A stretch of DNA of 64,000 nt from Rebecca billardiae RCC1528 (lineage: Eukaryota > Protista > Haptophyta): assembly GCA_965240325.2 (NCBI GenBank), contig OZ251245.1:1339883-1403882 (forward strand). The letters run 5' to 3'. The stretch's first letter is position 1. Every line of letters starts with the position of its first letter. This document shows positions 55,821-64,000 of the stretch, in pieces. Position numbers and translations under genes: made by a program. Under the pieces are notes generated by a model. The model made no database searches, was not told where the DNA came from, and worked only from the letters and a program-made list of their open reading frames with translations.

Positions 55821-56768
55821 ATGGCGGCCGCGGCCGACGAGAGCGCCGAGCTGCTGCCGCCGCTGGCGCGCAGCCTCTCGGCGAAGCGCGCGGCGTACCG
55901 CGCGCGCGAGCCGGGTGGGCTCCTCCCCGGCGAGCGCGCCGCCCGCGCGCGCCGCGCCCCGTGCTGCTCGCTCGCCGCGTTCGAGGGCTCGGCGTACGTG
56001 AAGCCGCTCGTGTACGGCGGGCTGGACGGCACCATCACCACGTTCGCCGCCGTCTCCGCCGCGGTGGGCGCGGACCTCGACTGGCGCGTGGCGCTGGTGA
56101 TGGGCGTGGCGAACCTGCTCGCCGACGGCCTGTCCATGGCGCTCGGCGACTACTTCTCCAGCCGCGCCGCCGAGGAGCTCGCCGAGCACGAGGCGCGCGT
56201 CGAGGCGTGGGCGCTCGCCGCGCAGCCCGCGGCGGAGCGCGCGCAGCTCGAGCGCGCGCTGCGCGCGCACGGGCTGAGCGAGGCGGACGCGCGCACGGTC
56301 GCCGAGGTCGCCGCGCGCAACCCGCCCTTCTTCTGCGAGCTCATGCTCGCGCACGAGCAGGGCATCGTCCCGCCGCAGCGCGGCGCGGCCGCGCCGCGCC
56401 GCGCGGCGTGGTGCGACTCCGCCGTGCGCGGCGCGGCGGTGACGTTCGTCGCGTTCGAGCTGTGCGGCGCGGCGCCGGTCGCGACGTACAGCGCGCTGCA
56501 GGCCGCGGCGCAGGCCGCGGGGCTCGACGCGGCGGCGCTGCGCGGCGCGCACTTTGGCGCGTGCGTGTGCGCGACCGCGCTCACGACGTTTGCGCTCGGC
56601 GTGTGCAAGGCGGCCGTCACGGGCGGCGCGCGCGTGGAGGGCGGGCTGCGCATGGACCTCAACGTCGCGCTCGCGGGCGGCGCCTCGTACGCGGTCGCGT
56701 GGGCCGTGCGCGCCGCCGTCGAGGCGCTCGGCCTGGCGGCCCCGCCGGCGCACGCCGTCGTCGCATGA
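55821..56768 (+). CDS. VIT1: VIT1/CCC1 vacuolar Fe/Mn transporter
   Basis: YVKPLVYGGLDGTITTFAAVSA...MGVANLLADGLSMALGDYFSS, an acidic cytosolic region (EHEARVEAW, MLAHEQG) and C-terminal TM segments. Confidence 0.92.
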   Translation: MAAAADESAELLPPLARSLSAKRAAYRAREPGGLLPGERAARARRAPCCSLAAFEGSAYVKPLVYGGLDGTITTFAAVSAAVGADLDWRVALVMGVANLLADGLSMALGDYFSSRAAEELAEHEARVEAWALAAQPAAERAQLERALRAHGLSEADARTVAEVAARNPPFFCELMLAHEQGIVPPQRGAAAPRRAAWCDSAVRGAAVTFVAFELCGAAPVATYSALQAAAQAAGLDAAALRGAHFGACVCATALTTFALGVCKAAVTGGARVEGGLRMDLNVALAGGASYAVAWAVRAAVEALGLAAPPAHAVVA

Positions 56769-56879
56769 CGTTCATAATAGTGCGCTGCTGATGTCGATCA
56801 GCTGCTGCTGCTGGAGGCATTTTCTTTTTTTTATGACGCGAATACTTTCCAGCTGATGCGAGAGAGTGTAACGACGACG

Positions 56880-57965
56880 ATGGCCGCCGCCGAGCAGCCG
56901 GCCACCTTCCCGCCCGTGCACGGCACGGACGTGACGCGGCTGGACCCGGAGTACGTCGCGCGGCGCGACGCGGCGGGCGAGCACTTCTTCGCCCTCGCCG
57001 ACGGGCGCCAGCTCTGCTACTCGCGGCAGGAGCCCGAGCCGGCGGCGGGCGGCAGCGGCGCGGCCGAGCCGCCGACGCTCGTGCTCGCCTTCCACGGCGG
57101 CGGCGAGGGCAAGGGCAAGTTTCTGCAGCGCCGCGGGCTCGAGGGGATCCTGCTCGTCGCGATCGACCGGCCCGGCTACGGCAAGTCCTCCGACCCGCCC
57201 GACGCGGGCTACACCTTTGCGCGCGTCGCGGCGGACGTGGGCGCGCTCGCCGACCACCTCGGGCACGCGCAGTTTGTGGTCGCGGGCCACTCGATCGGCG
57301 GGATGTGGGCGCAGCAGGTGGCGGCGCACCTGCCCGAGCGCGTGCGCGGCGTCGTCCTCTTCGCCTCCGTCGTCGACCTCGCGCAGCCCGGCGTCACGCG
57401 CGCGCACGCCAAGGCGGTCGGCCGGCCGCCCGCGCCGCTGCACCCGACGCGCGGCGCGCTCTCGTGCGTGCTCGCCTCGTCGTTCACGTCGTACGCGAAG
57501 CTGGGCGGGCGGTACGAGTTCAAGGAGCACCTGAAGCACGAGGCGAAGACGCCCTTCTTCCCCACCTACGCCGCCGACCCGTTCTGGGTCTCGACCACCG
57601 TCGAGTCGTGGCGCGCGTTCGACCGGCCCGCGGGCATCCTGCGCGACGCCGAGATGTGCCTGTTTGGCGGCACGCACGGCGCGACGATCGGCGGCGCGTG
57701 GGCGCACCGCGACGTGACGAGCGCGGGCGTGGGTGGCTGCCCCGTCTTCGTGTACCACGGCGACGCCGACTACGACCTCGGCACCAAGTACCCGGGCGCC
57801 GTCGACGCGCTCAGGGCGACGTACGGCGAGCGCGCGCGCGTGGAGGTGGTGCGCGGCGGCGTCGGCCACGTGCTCGTGCTCGGCCCGACCGAGCAGACGC
57901 GCGCGCGGATCAAGGCGGCGGTCGGCGCGATGCCGCTGCTGCCGAGCGGCATCGCGACGTACTGA
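56880..57965 (+). CDS. Alpha/beta hydrolase
   Basis: LADGRQLCY, AFHGG, IDRPGYGKS, nucleophile elbow GHSIGG, YHGDAD, GVGH. Confidence 0.93.
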   Translation: MAAAEQPATFPPVHGTDVTRLDPEYVARRDAAGEHFFALADGRQLCYSRQEPEPAAGGSGAAEPPTLVLAFHGGGEGKGKFLQRRGLEGILLVAIDRPGYGKSSDPPDAGYTFARVAADVGALADHLGHAQFVVAGHSIGGMWAQQVAAHLPERVRGVVLFASVVDLAQPGVTRAHAKAVGRPPAPLHPTRGALSCVLASSFTSYAKLGGRYEFKEHLKHEAKTPFFPTYAADPFWVSTTVESWRAFDRPAGILRDAEMCLFGGTHGATIGGAWAHRDVTSAGVGGCPVFVYHGDADYDLGTKYPGAVDALRATYGERARVEVVRGGVGHVLVLGPTEQTRARIKAAVGAMPLLPSGIATY

Positions 57966-58014
57966 TATCGGATGAGCGCGTCGGCGCGCGGGCCGGCCGC
58001 CGAGCAGTCTCCGA

Positions 58015-58750
58015 ACTCGCCGAGCTGCGTCGCCGCTCAGTCCGTCGGAGATCGAGCAGACTATATAACTATGCCGCGGGGGGCGCGGCGGCGGGGAGAG
58101 AGAGAGAGAGAGAGAGAATTATAGCTAGCGCAGCAGTGAATCTGCTCAGCCACGTACCCGCTGCGGCCAGCATCAATGGCGTCCGCGCAGAGGCTCCGGC
58201 ACTACTCTCATCACTATAACTTCGGGCGGGCGCACTGGCTAACTCACGGGTCACGCCGTCACTGTCACTGAGTGTCACTGGGCAGTGAGCGCGCAACGGC
58301 CAGTCATCAGCAGTCCGGCAGCGGGCGCCGGCCCGCGCTGCTCGTCACCTGGCGGACCGCGGATCGATGAAGCTGAAACGGCGGCGGCGCCGTGCATGCA
58401 CTAGCAGACGAGCCGCTGCTGCTACTCGTCGATCTACATCACCAGCACGACCGCCAGTGACAGTGTCTCACTCAGAGAGACCGAGCAGCCCGTGAGGCTT
58501 GGGGCGCGGCCCTGCTGCTTGCCGATCATTGAGCGCGCGCCCATCAGCCTTCGTCCGAGCAGGACTCGAGATCGTCCGAGGCAGCTGCTCGCCGCCGCGC
58601 AGCTGATAATTCAGATGCGCGCTGCTAATAGTAGTACAGTACGTAAACTGCCCGCGCACGCACTGATTGATCGCAAACCACGCCGCCTGATGATGGTGAC
58701 GCCCCCGAGTGACAGGCTCGGGCTAAGCGGGGGCGTCAGCTCAGCGTGCC
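58015..58750. repeat. Degenerate long inverted repeat, centre ~58.36 kb
   Basis: CACTGTCACTG (58260-70) / CAGTGACAGTG (58455-65) exact; GAATTATAGCTAGCGCAGCAGTGA (58116-39) vs the rc of 58589-612, GAATTATCAGCTGCGCGGCGGCGA. Confidence 0.8.
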
Positions 58751-58758
58751 GGGGCGGT

Positions 58759-59081
58759 GCGCCCCGAAGATAGTGAGTAATCGGCGGTGCAGTGCCGCTC
58801 TATACCACCAGTAGGCCGAGTCTGACTGGCATGGTGTGCGGCGCCAGGCCCCTCCTGGGCGCACACCAGCCACCGTAGATCTTTGCCCTCTGCTCGGGCC
58901 GTGGCAGACCTGCCACGCGGCAGAGGCAGGGAGCGGCCGAGCTCCTTGTGACGACGCGGAAGCTAGAGGCGTCGTCGGCTGAGGGCGCGCGCCCCGAAGC
59001 AAGCGGTGGTGCAGTGCCGCTCTATATACCACCAGTAGACCGAGTCTGACTCGTGCGGGGCGTGGCGCCAGGCCTCTGGGT
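58759..59081. repeat. Degenerate direct repeat (2 copies, ~230 bp apart)
   Basis: GGTGCAGTGCCGCTCTATA(TA)CCACCAGTAG(G/A)CCGAGTCTGACT at ~58786 and ~59008. Confidence 0.85.
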
Positions 59082-59199
59082 CCGTCGCTGAGTGCCACCG
59101 CACCTGCTCGGCCCGCCGTGTGCCAGCCCCGACTGGCTCGGCCGCCGCCCTGCCCGCAGCTGCTCCAGTCGTCAGCAGCGGATCTCACTTTGTGGCGAC

Positions 59200-62100
59200 T
59201 GCTGCTCGTGCTCACGTACAGCAGCGCAGTCGGCTGCATGCTCATCACGCGCCTGTCGTGGTGGGGGCCGGGTCAGCATAGCTCACGCCTCATGATGAGT
59301 CTCACTACTAGTCGTAACTACTAGCAGTAGTACGTCGTAGTAGTAGTCGATCGGCCGACCAATGCCGGCGCCGGTGCGTCCGCCGGTCCCCTAGCTACTA
59401 CTCCCCAGACCCCAGCGGACCGGGGACCAGTCAGGAACGGCCATCACTCGTCGGCGCAGCAATCTGCAGACGCGCGTGGTGAGCACCGCAGCCGCCGTCC
59501 CAGCGCGTGGCACTCTGATGGCCAAAGTAGCTGCCCCCGCCCCGGCCCCCCATCTGACGCTCGGCAAACCTGCACCTGGTGCGCAGAGTGGGCGGCAACC
59601 ACGGCGGCGACCAGGTCGGCCATCGCGCGTAGTGAGCGCCCGCACTCGGCGCACACGTACGTCGCTCCGCCGTACGCGCCCACTCTGCTGTGCCGCCGCG
59701 CGCCTCACGTCGAAAGAGCGCGCGCCTCGCCGCGGCGCGGATGCGTTGAGGTCGAGACGAGCACACTCGAGCGCTGCCATTGCGTGTCAGCGGCGGTGAT
59801 GAGCGCAGCAATCGCGCAGACTCCGCCCCATCCCACCGCGCTAGGAGTCACGCCATCGCCATCACTCGCGTCCGGCAGGCAGCCCGGTCGCTGCCTCCGG
59901 GTGCTGCCGGGCAGCCTCTGGTAGGGCGCGTTGGGCGGCGGATCAGCGATGACGGGCGTCTGCTGGCGAGCCCTTGGCCGCATCATGCGCATCGTCTAGC
60001 CAAGCAGCCGCGCCCGCGCCCGCCGCCGCCATTAGTCGTAGTCTACTCAGTTGCCGCGCACGGCCTGCCGACCATGCTGCAGCTGATGGCCTCTGCCTTC
60101 CGGCTGGCGAGGTGCGATGAACCGCGGCGCAGCACGCGGCGGTCAAGCCGAGCGCGATGCGTGGGACCCACCGGGCTACCCGCACGAGGGCGCACACGAC
60201 GACCCCGAGCCAGCCTCGGGCTGCGGCTGCAGCGCCGTGGCCAGTGCGTCCGGAGCCGTGCCGGCTGCGCCGAGCGCGCGATGCCAGGCGCGCCCGCGTC
60301 CAGTGCGGCTCGGCTGGGCTCGTCTGACCTCGGCGCAGCACGCGGCGCCGCGGCCGAGGCCGAGGCGTGACATCCCGCGACTATGCCCGCGCGGGCCCGC
60401 ACGGGCTGCCCGTGCCCCAGGCTCGGGCTGTCGCGGCCGTACCGATGCTGGGCCTGGGGCAGCGCGCGCTGCCGTCGCGGGCTGTCCACCCCGCGCCCGC
60501 GTGGGCGCGACGGCAGCGCGCGGGGTGGGCAGCGAGCCAGCCGAGCGACCGCAGCACGTGCTGCTCGGCGGCACGAGGCGTGAGCGCGTCGTGGCAGTGG
60601 CTGGCGTCACGCACCCGCCCAGCCTGCCCCCGCCCCCGCGCCCCCATCTTCCACCTCGTCTGAGCTCCCTCCAGTGCGCACCATCACGGCCGCGAGCGGC
60701 GCACGCGCAGCTGCTGCATGCCGCTGGTCGCGCACGCGCCTCGCGTCGAAGGCGCGGCCGCCCCTTACAGGGAGGCGTGCACGTGGCGATCGAGACGAGC
60801 ACACTCGAGCGCGGTCAGCGCGGGTCGGCAGCGGCGAGCAGCAGTAGAGCAGTCTATATGTTGAACGGCCGCGCGCGCCGCTGCCGAGCTCTGCGCGCAG
60901 ACTTGGCAGCTGTTCACGCGTTGCTGCCGGGCACCGCGCGCTGCGCGGCGTCGTGCGAGTAATAGAGATGCGGATGCATCCTCCCGGCACGCGCGCTCGA
61001 CCACTCGGCAGTGCACTGGCTCGGCCGCGCGCGGCCGGCTGCGTTTGCGTGGCAGCGCGGGCTGAGAGAGGGGCTGGTACTGCGCTCGCGCCGCCGCGAT
61101 GGCCGCACGTGGGACATGGCGAGCTGGCCGAGGCGCGCGTGCTTTGACGGCGCGTGGATCCCCTCGCGTACCACTGCGCCGGCGTGCGCGCGCACCCGGC
61201 GCGCACGACAGCCGCCTGTGGCGGACGGCGGGGACGCAGTGCGGCCATGAGGCCGGATTTCTCGATCGGTTGGAATATCGGTTGGCCGCGGCAGCGCGCG
61301 AATTCAGCATGGCCTCTCTCCACGCGGGGACGAGTCTGCATCCCGCGGCGCGATGGGCGCGAGCCCGCGTCGGACGGGGCGGTCGTGCGCCTGGAGGTAC
61401 GCACGTGGAGCGCCGTATCCGCCCCTGCGCCTCGCACCAGCCCAAGGCGGCCTCCGCCCCCGCCCCCGACCCGTCGTCCGACCTGCCTCCGGCTAGCCCG
61501 CAGTGGGCTCTCCAACAGCTGCACCCGGCGGTTCTGGCGGGGGATCCGCGATGCTGGGCGTCCACAGGCGAGCCGTCGATGCATCGTGAGCGTCGTCTCG
61601 TCGGTAGCCGTCCCCCGCGCCCGCGCCTGCCGCCGCCATTTGGAGTCTCAGTCGCTGCTGCCTGCGTGTAGTGTGTCCCCGCTCGGACCAGTCGGCGACT
61701 GCAGCTGGCTTCACTGCCTTTCTGGCTGGCTCGGTGCTGTGGCGCCAAGCGTGGCGCAGCACGGCATGATTGTGTGCGGGCGATCTGACCACTTGGACGG
61801 CCGAGTCGGTTGGTGAACGGGCTACGCCCGCGAGGGCATCCCCGCGTGCAGCAAGGGTGGCCCAGTCAGGGCGGGAGCGCGGCCGCGCCGAGCGGCGCGT
61901 CACGGCTGCCGATTGCATGGCTCTTGGCGGTGGAACTTGTCGCGTGAGCCCTCGCCCCGCCGTGCACGCTCCTGCGGCACCGAGGCTGCCGCTCCGCGCC
62001 CGAGCAGATCGCGCGGCGCGCGCGGCGGCGCCTGTTGGGTGCTGCTGCTGCTGGCTGGGCCGCGCCGGAGAGGCGGGCCGCGCGGCCGGGAGCTGCGGAT

Positions 62101-62470
62101 GTGGAGCGCCGCAGCCGGCCCAGCGCCTCGCACCGGTCGATGCCGCCCCCGCCCCGGCCCCCCATCTTACCCTCCGTCAAGCCTGCGCCTGGTGGGCCGC
62201 GCAGTGAGCGGCAAGCATCAGGGCGCTCCTCATCGCGCGTGAGCGCCAGCTCATCTGTGCACTGCAGTCCCACTGCGGCGCGGCTGGGTGCGCGCGCGCC
62301 TCGCGTCGAAGGAGCGGGCGCGCCTTGCCGCGGCGCGGGCACGTGGCGGTCGAGAAGAGCACACTCGAACGCGCTCACGCCTGGTCAGCATCGCGGTGAT
62401 GGGCGGCAGCCGCGCAGGCACCGCCCTATCCGACCGCGCTGGGAGTCACGCCATCGGCATTCGCTAGGGG
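59200..62470. repeat. Old array of degenerate direct and inverted repeat units
   Basis: CGCCTC(A/G)CGTCGAA...TCGAGA(C/A)GAGCACACTCGA occurs at ~59700, ~60740 and ~62300; a CCCCCGCCCC anchor occurs at ~59535, 60627, 61457 and 62146; inverted copies lie between them. Confidence 0.75.
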
Positions 62471-63339
62471 GTCCAGGCCCTCAGCCTAGCGGTTGGGGAT
62501 ATTCGACAGGCCTGCCATGTAGGTGTCTGTCGAGGCTGTCGCCTGTTGAAGTGCCCTCTAGTATGCCCCCCAGCCCAGCCCAGCCGTCAGAAGCACTCAA
62601 AACCGACTCCGCGTGCCGTCGCGCCGTCGTGCGGGCGCGCTGCCGGCCACTTAGTGTCACATAGAGATTCAGCGAAGTGGTACCCACCCGTGATGGCGGC
62701 TAGATGACGGAATGCGGTCCACAGTGGAGAAAGATCGGGCCGGAAGCCGTTTGAGCATGGTCGGTCGTGCGCACGCCCATTCGAATCGATGGCGCGCTCC
62801 GAGCGGCGGGCGTGCGCGCATGACTGCCGCGAGGGGGGCTGCGAGGCGTCGGCCGGCTTGCCAAGGCGGTTCCTCGGGGCGGCGTCACCCTCGCCCGCCC
62901 CTCCTCGCCCACCCTCGCCCCACGGGCGGCCACACGTGACCTGTTAAGATGAGTTCACGGGAGCCGCACGGCACGCGCGCGGAGAGGCGAGGAAGTGGTG
63001 TTTCGCGGAAAAACGCTCTATAGCATTGTGCTCAACCCATGTGGGCACCCGCTCCACAAGTTTGTACGCTTTCAAACCGCACACAGCGGCCTGAGCAGCT
63101 CCCAGACTGAGTTTCGCTCTTGAAGCCTGTTTTTGGGCCAGATCTTGGTGTGGATGTAGCGCGGCGAGGAGGCGCCGGGCGCGCGCCCGAGCTGCGTGCT
63201 GGCACTCGCCATGACCCATAGGCATCGTCCGTCGCGAACGACCCGGCTCGCCTCGACCTCTCCGACCCGCCGGGCAGCCACGACCGAGCACGGCACGACA
63301 ATGGCCAAACCGGGAGGCTTCTCAGACCGCGTGGGATGG

Positions 63340-64000
63340 GCATAGGCGCGAGAGAGGGCGCCCAGCGCGCTCTTGAGATGCACAGGAGCACGCACTGATG
63401 CGTATGGAACCATCCCATCACGATCGCCCCGACCTGGCGCGCCTTATCTGGCCCGTCAGGCTGCCCGCGCCGCCGCCGCCGCGCCATGCCGCCGCCGCGG
63501 GCGCCGCCGCACCGCGGGCACATGGGTAAGTCCGTATTCAACAAATACAGAATTTCCGGTGCGGCCCTCTTTTGGGCGGCAAGGTCGATCTGGTCGACAC
63601 CTGCCGCGCAGCATGGGCCACGGCGCGGCGAGGTGGCGGCTGGCGCACCGCGGCGTGGGCGGGATGGCTCGAGGACATCACCGCCCCGCCTCCCACGCCG
63701 CGCCGTGCGCGTGCGCCGTGCTCTCGTCGCGTACCGAATTTCCTGCGGCGAGCGACGTCCAACAGCGCGACCATGCCATCGCGCGACGAGGTGCGTTCAG
63801 CTCGGCGATTTGTCGTATTTGTTGAATACATGCGGGTACGAATCGGCCGCAAGATGGCCTCGACGTACACGTCGAGAGCCACGCGCGCGGTGTGGAGTGG
63901 CACGCGACGCGGAGAGGGCGGGTGCGGTGCCGCGGGCGCGCGACTGGTCTAGAACATCCCAATGAAGCGCGGGACGGCGCTGCGCGCCTGTGCTCGCCGC
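63340..64000. repeat. Degenerate palindrome centred on CTCGAG at ~63670, probably continuing past the window edge
   Basis: GTATTCAACAAATAC (63534-48) / GTATTTGTTGAATAC (63815-29) is an exact 15-bp inverted repeat, with further collinear inner and outer matches. Confidence 0.8.

Noticed and set aside
59391-62378. Recurring peptide ALECARLD / FECALLD as a protein family
   Set aside because: It reflects the DNA repeat unit; no sustained ORF or recognisable domain.
63032-63544. JAB/MPN-like motif GWFHTH in a minus-strand ORF
   Set aside because: No downstream P...S..D motif, atypical codon usage, and part of the region lies in a non-coding palindrome arm.
1-64000. rRNA, tRNA, transposase, reverse transcriptase or Fanzor/TnpB genes
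   Set aside because: No recognisable motifs seen by eye; tRNAscan, Infernal and HMM searches would be needed to exclude degenerate copies.

Overview
Very GC-rich eukaryotic nuclear DNA with short GT-AG introns. Composition and gene style suggest a Pavlovales-type haptophyte such as Diacronema, but that is an inference. Most of the long ORFs in the supplied track are antisense or frame shadows. About 19 real genes can be supported: a giant fibrocystin-L/PKHD1L1-like protein (>3,860 aa, missing from the ORF track because it runs off the left edge), an atypical kinase, BRX1, a STRA6-like membrane protein, eIF3c, a triple-AP2 protein, a PCIF1-like methyltransferase, SDE2, an uncharacterised spliced gene, a PA-domain + 7TM protein, IFT70/TTC30, a TBC RabGAP, a CID/RS protein, a GT4 glycosyltransferase, an FN3/Cys-rich protein, a signal-peptide ARM protein, a sulfotransferase-like protein, VIT1/CCC1 and an alpha/beta-hydrolase. 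The most striking unexplained signal is non-coding. Most intergenic intervals I read are degenerate long palindromes (fold-backs), with collinear AT-containing anchors mirrored about a centre. Centres lie near 11.77, 22.83, 24.47, 26.32, 27.68, 32.74, 33.42, 36.6, 41.23, 44.40, 55.74, 58.36, 59.36, 60.04, 60.95 and 63.67 kb. Sizes run from tens of bp to about 5 kb, and satellites have expanded inside several arms. One fold-back (25.15-27.5 kb) has near-identical arms capped on both outer ends by a (GGCACACACT)n satellite around an older, diverged palindromic core. All alignments were made by eye and need computational confirmation.
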